A DNA stretch of 61,763 nt, counting the filler. It is 9 parts of 9 records of this genome, joined end to end, with 100 filler letters (N's around TTAATTAATTAA, not from the genome) between each part and the next. Parts side by side here need not be neighbours in the genome. Positions count along the whole stretch, not along the records: positions 12,536 to 23,162 come from DRR723986_141162; positions 23,263 to 29,912 come from DRR723986_145383; 7 more parts are not named here. One strand, 5' to 3'. A program made the translations under genes and the position numbers. Positions 18,056-26,120 of this stretch are shown here, piece by piece (within the stretch, counting starts at the first letter, position 1; every line of letters begins with the position of its first letter). Under the pieces are notes generated by a model. That model saw only the letters and a list, made by a program, of their open reading frames with translations. It was not told the DNA's origin and searched no databases.

Positions 18056-18078
18056 TTAATTAATAAATATTAAATAAG

Positions 18079-18207
18079 ATGGTAAGAAGAAACAGGGATA
18101 TAAACCTTGCGGTTAGAATTAATAAAGAGGAACAACTACGATTAAAGCTACGAGCCGAAGTAGAAGGTAAATCAATTAGTGAACTTGTAAGAGAATTAGC
18201 AAAGTAA
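18079..18207 (+). CDS. Ribbon-helix-helix (CopG/MobC-like) DNA-binding protein, 42 aa (not in ORF track)
   Basis: MVRRNRDINLAVRINKEEQLRLKLRAEVEGKSISELVRELAK*: beta strand (LAVRI), helix, then G-x-S-x-S-E-L-V-R. Confidence 0.75.
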   Translation: MVRRNRDINLAVRINKEEQLRLKLRAEVEGKSISELVRELAK

Positions 18208-18232
18208 ATTATAAATCCCAAATCAGAATAAA

Positions 18233-18748
18233 ATGAAAAAAAGTAAAAGAGTAGTAATTGGAGTAAACAGAAACGCAGTTACGGAACGCACACAAAAGAC
18301 AAAGGAGTTAATCAGCTTGATTGAATTAGTAAAAGAATCAATCTCAGAGTTAACAGATGGTAATGTAGTTGAATATAATATGGAAGCTATAGATACACAT
18401 CTAAACGAGCTTACAGGGTTTAAAAACGGTAGAATGTCTGCAATGGCTTTTAATAAAGAAGGTCTTTACGATAAGGTTCAGAGCCTGTTACCTAAAATGG
18501 ATAGCTTAAAAGACTATGTACAATACATTAAAAAGGGTGCAGTTAATGAAGAGAAGATAAAAGAGGATTCTACAAACTATTTAAGAGAGAGCTATACTGA
18601 AACTTACTTAGCCATTCAAAAACATATAGATGCTATTAATAAGTTAGATAGTGGCTATGTGCTTAGTAATGCTATTCAGTTAGGAAGAGATGGTTTAGAG
18701 TTTAATGCTCAGAAGTATCAGTCAGTTAAAGTAATGGCTAGAAGATAA
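18233..18748 (+). CDS. Hypothetical protein (element core)
   Basis: 171-aa ORF in the operon; no recognisable motif. Confidence 0.7.
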   Translation: MKKSKRVVIGVNRNAVTERTQKTKELISLIELVKESISELTDGNVVEYNMEAIDTHLNELTGFKNGRMSAMAFNKEGLYDKVQSLLPKMDSLKDYVQYIKKGAVNEEKIKEDSTNYLRESYTETYLAIQKHIDAINKLDSGYVLSNAIQLGRDGLEFNAQKYQSVKVMARR

Positions 18749-18936
18749 TGCGTTTTAATCAAGAAGAGGAAAAAGCTGAGGTAGTGAAGGAAGTAGCTAT
18801 CTCAGTGGCTCTTACAAAATCTGAGGAAGCAAAGATTAAGAGAATGGTAGGAGTACCTAATGCTACACCAATAAGTAAGGCTATTCAGATGCTTGTTAAG
18901 TCTATTGGTAAAGGTAGAATGTACTTAAACTATTAA
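18748..18936 (+). CDS. Small hypothetical protein, possibly RHH-like
   Basis: Coupled to the previous gene (TAATG overlap); ISVALTKSEEAKIK...ISKAIQMLV pattern. Confidence 0.55.
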   Translation: MRFNQEEEKAEVVKEVAISVALTKSEEAKIKRMVGVPNATPISKAIQMLVKSIGKGRMYLNY

Positions 18937-18939
18937 GCT

Positions 18940-19314
18940 ATGGATGATTATACTAAAAGAGTTGCAGTTAAGACAGTTCTATTGGCTCAATTATTTATAG
19001 AGAGCTTAGATGACTTAAAAGAGACTACTTTATTTAAACAGTCTACTAAGTCTTTAGTGAACAGATTAGACCGAGAGCTTACTCCAATGGTTAAAGAACA
19101 CTACGACAAAATGTATAATGAAGAGGTAGCTGAAGGAGTAGATGTATTAGATGAGATACTTGATGAAATAGTACATAATGCAGTAGTAGAATGTAACGTA
19201 ATAGAAGGATATAATCTCTACATTATTAGAGATAATACAGGCAGAAAAATGACTATTAAATCTTCACTATCCAAAGAGGAGTTTGAGAAGGAATATAAAT
19301 TGAAAATGAGGTAA
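18940..19314 (+). CDS. Hypothetical phage-like protein
   Basis: 124-aa helical acidic ORF starting 3 nt after the previous stop. Confidence 0.65.
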   Translation: MDDYTKRVAVKTVLLAQLFIESLDDLKETTLFKQSTKSLVNRLDRELTPMVKEHYDKMYNEEVAEGVDVLDEILDEIVHNAVVECNVIEGYNLYIIRDNTGRKMTIKSSLSKEEFEKEYKLKMR

Positions 19315-19521
19315 TGATTCAGTAGTTAGAATGGTGTTTAGATGGTCTTAAATGAATTGAAAATAGGTGTTTCAGAACCATAAAAATCAAATACTGAAAA
19401 TCAGTTAGTTAAAAAATAGTTGTAAGAATAAATTAACAAGAATTGATGTTAAAACATCATATTTTAAGCACTTTAGTATTTTTTACTCGAAGTATAACTT
19501 AAATTAAGAAATGTAGAGCCA

Positions 19522-19986
19522 CTAAAAATCGAACGTTCTAACGTAATCACCTCCATCCTTATCTCTTAAAAATCCTATTTTTCCTTTGAAAGATGAATTT
19601 GGGCAAGAATAACAAATGTACTCATCTCCGTTATTATCTTTAAAATCATAGAATTTACATTGTTTCTTAACGTAGTTTAATATTTTTTGAAATGATGGAT
19701 GAGATGAATCAAAATAATTTCTACTAAATTGTAGTATAAAGAGGTCTTCGTTGGTGCTATAATGAGCCCAAACATTCGCTGTTTTCTTATCGCTTTGATA
19801 ACCCTTAGCATAAGTTAATACTCCTTCATTATCTTCAACTTTTACAAACTCCTTTTCAAAGCAAAACTTTTTAAATATTTTAACGGTATTTATATCTTTT
19901 ATATCATCAAAATTAAATGTACCTGAGTTCTGTCCAAACCCAAAAGTAAAGACAAATAAAGCAGATAGTAGGAATAGTTTTTTCAT
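19522..19986 (-). CDS. Hypothetical exported protein (cargo)
   Basis: Signal peptide MKKLFLLSALFVFTFGFGQ; Cys-containing C-terminus. Confidence 0.7.
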   Translation of the reverse strand: MKKLFLLSALFVFTFGFGQNSGTFNFDDIKDINTVKIFKKFCFEKEFVKVEDNEGVLTYAKGYQSDKKTANVWAHYSTNEDLFILQFSRNYFDSSHPSFQKILNYVKKQCKFYDFKDNNGDEYICYSCPNSSFKGKIGFLRDKDGGDYVRTFDF

Positions 19987-19990
19987 ATCA

Positions 19991-20380
19991 TTAATTGGTT
20001 AGTTTGACCTTTAAATTACCATCAAAGTTATTAAACTCTGTTACCCTTCCCTTTTCAATAGTTACCGTACTCATTCCATAGCTTAATTTTATACCCCCTA
20101 TCATTCCCCAATCTTTATATGCAGTTGGGCTACCCATTACCTCTATAACTTTTTCTTTGGTTGAACCTATTGTAAAGTAATTATCATTTTTAAAATTATC
20201 TGACTCAGTTAGCTTAACAGATTCCGTATTTTTTAAATCCTTTTCCAAATTGGAAATCTCTTGCTCAAGTAGTCTATTTTTTTCTTCAAGGTTTTTGATG
20301 TAGTTTTCTTCTGTTTGATTAGATGTATTGCAGGATACAATAAAAATAAATGTAACTAATATTATACTTTTAATTCTCAT
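19991..20380 (-). CDS. Lipoprotein with coiled coil and SmpA/BamE-like domain (cargo)
   Basis: Lipobox IVSC; heptad region; FTIGSTKEKVIEVMGSPT motif. Confidence 0.7.
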   Translation of the reverse strand: MRIKSIILVTFIFIVSCNTSNQTEENYIKNLEEKNRLLEQEISNLEKDLKNTESVKLTESDNFKNDNYFTIGSTKEKVIEVMGSPTAYKDWGMIGGIKLSYGMSTVTIEKGRVTEFNNFDGNLKVKLTN

Positions 20381-20549
20381 AATAATTTATTTTAAAAACG
20401 GGTGCAAAAATACAGCCATTAAAAGCTATCAATTGTAACACTTGTTACTCAATAAATAAACTAAAATAGAGCCATAATAAGAAAGTTGAAAATAATAATA
20501 CTCAGCAATACTGCGATAATTGTCCTTTCTCGTTTATTAAATGCCCTTT

Positions 20550-20780
20550 TCATATCCTTAGATTAGAATATCTATCAAGTCTATAACCGTGCTTAAACGC
20601 TCTTATTTCCGTTATTGCGTTATGTGTTGGATTATAAACAACCTCAACAAAGAACATATCTATTGCGTATAAATTGCAACGTTCTTTATTTGTAATATGG
20701 TTATCTATGAAAGTACCGTATTGATTAACGGCTTCCATTTTATCGTTGAGGTCAAGTAAGTTAAATTCGTATAAGGTCAC
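20550..20780 (-). CDS. Small conserved Bacteroidota hypothetical protein
   Basis: GTG start; LYEFN...LYAIDMFFVEVVYN...I..IRAF pattern typical of flavobacterial mobile regions. Confidence 0.7.
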   Translation of the reverse strand: MTLYEFNLLDLNDKMEAVNQYGTFIDNHITNKERCNLYAIDMFFVEVVYNPTHNAITEIRAFKHGYRLDRYSNLRI

Positions 20781-20816
20781 CTATAAAATGTAATTAGTCT
20801 AAAAATGCCGTTGACT

Positions 20817-21803
20817 CTATTTAATTTTTATCAAAGGAAATTCTACAGTCATACCATCCACAACCAAAATTAAGAGTCCACCGTCAGATTTATATTTTTT
20901 ACTGTCAGAATCAAATCTCAAAATACTTTGTATCCCACCTTCTGAACTTTCAAAAGACCACTTTTCGAGACTCGTATCAACACTATTTAGGATTGGTATT
21001 TTAGAGGGAGGCGTTTCAACACCCATAAAAGGATTATATCTGATTTCGACATAATTTTTAGCTATAGTAACCTCTCCTTTTAATGGGGATTTCATCCCGT
21101 TTGAATACATTTTCTTAAAAATATACTCTCGTTTATTTTCTATCGATTCGTCGTATTTAAAATTATCATAATTCTTTTTTAATTCACTCAAAGTTTTATT
21201 CCCAAATTTGTAAACAAATCCTAATTCTTCTTCAGCCCCATAAGCGTTTTTACCATAATATTGAACAAAGAGGGTGTTGGTGAAATCTGATTCCCTACTT
21301 ATATAGACACTTTTAGGAACAAATGAAAGTGGATTTTTTAATTCACGTTGCGCCTTATTTAGAGCAAAAATGATAGACTCTCTTATAAGGCTTTCATTCA
21401 TACCTTCTAATTCTTCAGCCAATTGGAAATTTACTTTCACTAACTCTTCATATCCATTAAGCGCATAGAATATATCTCCGTTTTTTTTAGGATAGGTTGG
21501 CTTGTCGGGTTTACTCAATTGGTTATCTGCTTGTAAATTCTTCCCCGACTTTATCATAACAGATATTATTGAACTATTAACTTTTTTTTCTTTAAGTATT
21601 TTTAAAGCATCAATAGAGGTATCAAAATTAGTCTCTGATGACTCAATCTTGTCAATTATAACTTGTTCTTCAAAACCTAACTCGGTTAAATCTATAATAG
21701 ATTGATTAGTTAAAACTTCTTGAGTATTACCGTCTTTATTAATTTTTTGTGCATTAACTTGAAAAAGCACAAGAGAGAATAAAAGTAAAAGTAGTTTCTT
21801 CAT
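20817..21803 (-). CDS. Hypothetical exported protein (cargo)
   Basis: Signal peptide ending VNAQ; N-terminal LTNQSII...FDTS...LK helical module; GKNAYGAE motif. Confidence 0.7.
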   Translation of the reverse strand: MKKLLLLLFSLVLFQVNAQKINKDGNTQEVLTNQSIIDLTELGFEEQVIIDKIESSETNFDTSIDALKILKEKKVNSSIISVMIKSGKNLQADNQLSKPDKPTYPKKNGDIFYALNGYEELVKVNFQLAEELEGMNESLIRESIIFALNKAQRELKNPLSFVPKSVYISRESDFTNTLFVQYYGKNAYGAEEELGFVYKFGNKTLSELKKNYDNFKYDESIENKREYIFKKMYSNGMKSPLKGEVTIAKNYVEIRYNPFMGVETPPSKIPILNSVDTSLEKWSFESSEGGIQSILRFDSDSKKYKSDGGLLILVVDGMTVEFPLIKIK

Positions 21804-21807
21804 AATT

Positions 21808-22839
21808 TTATTTTAAATTACTTAAAGCAGAATTGACAAGTTCTTTTTTATAGTCTTTTAATGATGATATAGATGCTGATTTCAACTCATAATTTTGACC
21901 ATTAATTTCAATTAAATTTTTGTCAAGCATAATAGAACAAATCTTTTTTCTTATTGAACCATCAACTATTATAGCAAATGAACCTTTAAAATCTCTGTAG
22001 GTTATTCTGTCTGCTTCTGAATCCTTTATTTTAGATGACATTATTATCATAGTTTTGATAATATTGAATGCCTTTATTTCATCAGAGGTTGTTATTATAC
22101 CCAAATCACTATCTTTTCTTTCCTTTGCTATTATGCGAGAGAGTACCGATTGAATTGAATTAGAGTTTATTAGTTCGAATAATTGGTTTGAGACTGTATT
22201 AGTTAATCTTTTACCGCCCATATTAGTATATATTATCTTCAAGAAATCCCATTCAGGATTCGCTAAAGTTTCAAAAAAGGCATCATCAAATTTTGATAAA
22301 AACATTACCTCTTCAGAATATTCCATAACTGATTTTATGTCGAAGGTATTTCTGTAAAATAGTGCAAGTTTCTCTAAATCTGAATCATTGTATTCCTTAA
22401 GATTAAATGAGAAAAACGGTGTCTCATTTAATATAGTATTACTATGACTACTTCTTGAATAAAAGTCATAATTTATACCGTTTGTTAAAATTCCAATCTT
22501 AACTGATTCTGTATATAAACAATACTCGTTTAGTTGACGAAAGAACTTTTCATTTAGATATGCATCAGACTTTTTACATTCTACAAATATTACAGGCTCA
22601 GATTTACCAAAACTAATAGCCATATCAACCCTTCTACCTCTACTTGTACCCATATCTGCAATATATTCGTGCAGATAATCATCCATTTTACTGTAATTTA
22701 ATATTTCAAAAAAGGGCTCAATTAAGAAGTTTCTTGTATTGGTTTCATCAGTACTGTATTTAATTGCTTTTTCGAAATCCCAATTTTGAAGTTCCTTGGA
22801 TAATTGATTGCTTATTTGCTTAAGTCTCTTATTGTCCAT
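21808..22839 (-). CDS. HsdR N-terminal-like PD-(D/E)xK restriction endonuclease family protein
   Basis: E-x-x-T...LIEPFF, RVDMAI...FVECKK, QLxxY and ILTNG motifs; no helicase part and no adjacent methylase. Confidence 0.8.
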   Translation of the reverse strand: MDNKRLKQISNQLSKELQNWDFEKAIKYSTDETNTRNFLIEPFFEILNYSKMDDYLHEYIADMGTSRGRRVDMAISFGKSEPVIFVECKKSDAYLNEKFFRQLNEYCLYTESVKIGILTNGINYDFYSRSSHSNTILNETPFFSFNLKEYNDSDLEKLALFYRNTFDIKSVMEYSEEVMFLSKFDDAFFETLANPEWDFLKIIYTNMGGKRLTNTVSNQLFELINSNSIQSVLSRIIAKERKDSDLGIITTSDEIKAFNIIKTMIIMSSKIKDSEADRITYRDFKGSFAIIVDGSIRKKICSIMLDKNLIEINGQNYELKSASISSLKDYKKELVNSALSNLK

Positions 22840-22942
22840 TTATAGTACTGTTTAATAATGAGCCTCTAAAATAATAATTATATCTTATAATGGGTGTGAC
22901 TTTGAGAAAACTACCCTTCTTTTTATTAATTGAATTCACTGT

Positions 22943-22973
22943 GTCTGTCAAATGTCTGTCAAATGTCTGTCAG
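22943..22973 (+). repeat. Tandem 11-bp repeats, putative integrase arm-type sites (right)
   Basis: GTCTGTCAAAT GTCTGTCAAAT GTCTGTCAG, about 160 bp from the att core. Confidence 0.75.
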
Positions 22974-23103
22974 TTTATAGAAAATATGTAACCTCTAGCT
23001 ACGGAGTAAATGTTTATATTTGTGTAAGATTAAGTATTGCATTTACGAGGTTGAAACGCAAAGAGTGTAATGTTAATAGGGTTTCACAGATGGTTAAGAG
23101 CAT

Positions 23104-23134
23104 AAAAAAAGCCCTACATTCTCTGTAAGGCTTT
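23104..23134 (-). terminator. Rho-independent terminator directly downstream of the tRNA-Asn 3' end
   Basis: Minus strand reads AAAGCCTTACA-GAGAA-TGTAGGGCTTTTTTT. Confidence 0.75.
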
Positions 23135-23162
23135 GCTCCTCTTCTTGGGCTCGAACCAAGGA
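23135..23162 (-). tRNA. tRNA-Asn 3' portion (T arm and acceptor stem), truncated by contig end; att site
   Basis: Reverse complement TC-CTTGG-TTCGAGC-CCAAG-AAGAGGA-GC continues the fragment at 12536-12565. Confidence 0.85.
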
Positions 23163-23402
23163 NNNNNNNNNNNNNNNNNNNNNNNNNNNNNNNNNNNNNN
23201 NNNNNNTTAATTAATTAANNNNNNNNNNNNNNNNNNNNNNNNNNNNNNNNNNNNNNNNNNNNTCAAATCGATTTGATTCAGGGTGTTTTTTTTGGTTTAG
23301 GGTGAGGGTATTTGTTGAAGGTCTTTTAATGATTTGAAGCTATAAAAGTTTTACCGGAGACCGACCGTAAGGAGGTGCCGGAAACCCCAGATAAGGCTAA
23401 CC

Positions 23403-24194
23403 TCAGATCTTTACTTGATTCGGCTCACAAGTTGGAGACCATTCAGTTAAAGGAAAATACGTTTCTAAGAAATCATACAGCTCAGGATTGTACTTTTCTA
23501 ATTCCTTTCTAGTGTTAATGTCATTGTGTATTCCGTTAGTAGGAATGGCCTCAAGATTTGTATTAAACCAACATTGTACTGCTTCTGCAAAAAATTCTAT
23601 TTGATTACTGCCTGCATAGGTATTTACCCAAAGTCCGTTTGATTTTGCTTGATTATAAATTTTAGCAAGTTTTGACTCAAACATGCCGTCAGATGGAATA
23701 AATGCTAAATTTTGAAGCCCATGAGCGAATTCATGAACCAATATATTTTCACCTCTATAAACATCACCCGACAAGCAAAGTAAATTCTCTTCTGCGCAAG
23801 ATGTCACCGGTTTAAAAAGCGTGCCACCTATACCGCGATAGTTATCCCATTCTGATCCTGGCCACACCTGATAAAGATCAGCATGTTCAGGGATATCAGT
23901 TGTTTTTTCAGACTGGGCCATAATGGCCACTTTGCCCTTATTTTCTATAAATGACCTTAACTGATCGGAGTCGAGACTATCAGTCATGTGTTTAACAATA
24001 TCATATGCAATACAAAATGCATCATCTCTGACTTTTTCAGAAGATAAGATTAAAATGCCATTTACTGAAACGCATTTTTTATAGAAATCTGGTTGACCTG
24101 ATGGCGGAGAACTTATTTCTAAACCACATGCACTTTGAGCAAAGTTGGCACCTACCAAAATCACCAGCAAGACACTTAAAAATACTTTTTTCAT
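23403..24194 (-). CDS. Exported zinc metallopeptidase (HExxH)
   Basis: Signal peptide; RGIGG, EENLL, ILVHEFAH and YA-x-x-N-x-x-EFFAEAVQ-x-WF motifs. Confidence 0.8.
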   Translation of the reverse strand: MKKVFLSVLLVILVGANFAQSACGLEISSPPSGQPDFYKKCVSVNGILILSSEKVRDDAFCIAYDIVKHMTDSLDSDQLRSFIENKGKVAIMAQSEKTTDIPEHADLYQVWPGSEWDNYRGIGGTLFKPVTSCAEENLLCLSGDVYRGENILVHEFAHGLQNLAFIPSDGMFESKLAKIYNQAKSNGLWVNTYAGSNQIEFFAEAVQCWFNTNLEAIPTNGIHNDINTRKELEKYNPELYDFLETYFPLTEWSPTCEPNQVKI

Positions 24195-24197
24195 GGT

Positions 24198-24827
24198 TTA
24201 ATTTCTATTATCGTATCCAAAATCTATCGCTACCATGAAATTTATCAGCATGGCAATTTTTTCTTGATCATCAGTTTCAGCGGCCAATGAGAATTTGTAG
24301 ACATTACCTGAATGAATTCTTCCAATACCACCGCTTTTTTCTTTACTCATAGTCGCGACCGGCACCCCATTAATTCCTGATATAGTTGACTCTGAATTAA
24401 TCGGATCAAATAGGTAAACGGGAAACCATGATGAACGGCTACCCAAGCCTGATTTAAAGAGTATTTCTTTTGCACTGTTCAAGATTTCAACAAACGAATC
24501 ATCTCCCATTTTGATTTTATTTGAGCATATAAAAATTGGATTTTCAGAATTGTCGCATAATTTGAAAGGCGCCATTTCAAAAGGCCCTACTGATTTTTTA
24601 ATTTTATAAATTTCAGTACCGTTTGAGTCTTTGATTGACAGATTAAATTTGGCCATAGCATCTTTACCTTGCTGCATAGTTCTTAGCAAAGACTTAAAGA
24701 AGTTAGACTTTTCAGTAATTTCGTAGGTATGAGTTTCTTCACCATTTAGGTGAACAAAATACTCTCGCTTTTTATTGGTGAGTGATCGCTTTTTTTCAAC
24801 CAACTCAATAGATTTTACTTTTTTCAT
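24198..24827 (-). CDS. Hypothetical protein, possibly LURP-one/scramblase (tubby-like) fold
   Basis: Repeated beta-strand units (I-x-D-x-x-G-x-E-I) and a C-terminal buried helix MVAIDF. Confidence 0.5.
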   Translation of the reverse strand: MKKVKSIELVEKKRSLTNKKREYFVHLNGEETHTYEITEKSNFFKSLLRTMQQGKDAMAKFNLSIKDSNGTEIYKIKKSVGPFEMAPFKLCDNSENPIFICSNKIKMGDDSFVEILNSAKEILFKSGLGSRSSWFPVYLFDPINSESTISGINGVPVATMSKEKSGGIGRIHSGNVYKFSLAAETDDQEKIAMLINFMVAIDFGYDNRN

Positions 24828-24837
24828 AATTTATTTT

Positions 24838-25158
24838 TTAAGAGAACATGTGCGTTGCTTGCATTAATCCCAAAATGATGGATATAAAAGATAGCAATAT
24901 TGTAATCAGTGAAATTGACCTGTGCTTTTTCATTGTAATTAGAGCAAATAGCAATGCCATAATCCCTCCAAATAAAGCGATAGAACCAAACACCATTTTA
25001 CCATCAGATAATTCTATGAATAATGCATTTTCCAACGCTGATCTATCAGAAGTTTCCATGAAGAAATCATACTGAGGCACAATTTCCAATTGACAGTATA
25101 GACCTAGTATTAAACAAAGAGCTCCAATGGCTGGCCCAGCTATATTCAAGATTTTCAT
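24838..25158 (-). CDS. Small membrane protein
   Basis: Three hydrophobic segments; ends QATHMFS. Confidence 0.7.
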   Translation of the reverse strand: MKILNIAGPAIGALCLILGLYCQLEIVPQYDFFMETSDRSALENALFIELSDGKMVFGSIALFGGIMALLFALITMKKHRSISLITILLSFISIILGLMQATHMFS

Positions 25159-25322
25159 AATTCGGTTTTTTTAACAGATGTAATCCCAAAAATGATTAGA
25201 AGCGAAAACAAAATAAAGGAAACCAACAACGCGATAAAGGCAGCATTGTTTTCAACAAAAATTAAGGCAATAAAGAACCCGATAAATGTCAATACTATTA
25301 ATACAATTTGAGAGACTTGCAT
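25155..25322 (-). CDS. Small two-TM membrane protein, 55 aa (not in ORF track)
   Basis: MQVSQIVLIVLTFIGFFIALIFVENNAAFIALLVSFILFSLLIIFGITSVKKTEL*; ATGA overlap with the next gene. Confidence 0.6.
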   Translation of the reverse strand: MQVSQIVLIVLTFIGFFIALIFVENNAAFIALLVSFILFSLLIIFGITSVKKTEL

Positions 25323-25371
25323 CTTTTTTTCATCAAAGTAGCGTCATTCATTAGATTTATAAAGTCATTTT

Positions 25372-25401
25372 TAGTGAGCGGCATGTTTTTCCTAGTGAAC
25401 G
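25372..25401 (-). promoter_or_regulatory. Putative LytTR binding direct repeat
   Basis: Minus strand CGTTCACTA-N12-CGCTCACTA (21-bp period) between the LytTR gene and the downstream operon. Confidence 0.6.
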
Positions 25402-25406
25402 AAAGA

Positions 25407-26120
25407 TTACATCATGTTGAATTTATTTAACAAATCTGACTTGTATTTTTTTCCAATAGGCAAAGTAGCCTTTCCAACAGATAGAAATGAGCCTTCAATC
25501 GATACAATGTGTAATGAATTCACTAAATAAGATCTATGAATTCTCAAAAAACCAAATGAGGTCAATCTACTCTCGACTTCTTTCAAAGTAATTGGCACAA
25601 GAAATTTATCTTTTTCGGTAAAAACAGATGTGTAATTATCAAATGCCTCAGCATAAAGAATTGCACTGTATGCCACCTTCATGTAGGTCCCTTTCTCTTT
25701 GATAAAAAGATAATCGACATTAAATGTTTGATTCGCAGTGATTGATTTATCTGAATGAAGCATCCCAACTTCAATTGAAGAAATTAGCGTTTTTGGTTGA
25801 ATTGGTTTGACTAAATAACCTACCGGACCTGTTTCTTTTACCAACCTCATGGTATGCGAATCAGAATGTGATGAGATGTAAATCACTGCAACATGCCTTG
25901 TCTTCTTAATGTCATCAATTAATTCAATTCCTGACTTCGCACCTTCAATAGAAATGTCACAAAGGATCAGATCTAATTCCTTAATCTTTTCAAGTTTTTC
26001 TTTAGCTTCATTCGCAGAAAAAGCAATTCCCTCACAGACATATCCTGCTTCTTCAATAATTTCTTTGATATCCAAAGCAATAACTGGATCATCTTCAACA
26101 ATAAATATGCTATGACTCAT
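25407..26120 (-). CDS. LytTR-family two-component response regulator
   Basis: Receiver domain (IVEDD, LILCDI, GYLVKP) plus LytTR domain (FLRIHRSYLVN). Confidence 0.93.
   Translation of the reverse strand: MSHSIFIVEDDPVIALDIKEIIEEAGYVCEGIAFSANEAKEKLEKIKELDLILCDISIEGAKSGIELIDDIKKTRHVAVIYISSHSDSHTMRLVKETGPVGYLVKPIQPKTLISSIEVGMLHSDKSITANQTFNVDYLFIKEKGTYMKVAYSAILYAEAFDNYTSVFTEKDKFLVPITLKEVESRLTSFGFLRIHRSYLVNSLHIVSIEGSFLSVGKATLPIGKKYKSDLLNKFNMM

Larger units (their letters stand above)
12536..23162. mobile_element. Integrative, phage-satellite-like element targeting tRNA-Asn(GTT), ~10.6 kb
   Basis: tRNA-Asn pieces at both contig ends; tyrosine integrase next to one end; shared GTCTGTCAAA repeats at both ends; replication gene and small DNA-binding ORFs; inverted cargo block; low GC. 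Confidence 0.88.

Noticed and set aside
22943-22973. Short repeats (also 6427-6454, 29884-29912, DADAD-coding repeats) as CRISPR arrays
   Set aside because: Units are 7-11 bp tandem repeats without spacers, or are protein-coding; no cas genes.
12536-23162. Intact prophage or conjugative element
   Set aside because: No recognisable capsid, portal, terminase, tail, lysis, relaxase or T4SS genes, and both att ends lie within 10.6 kb.
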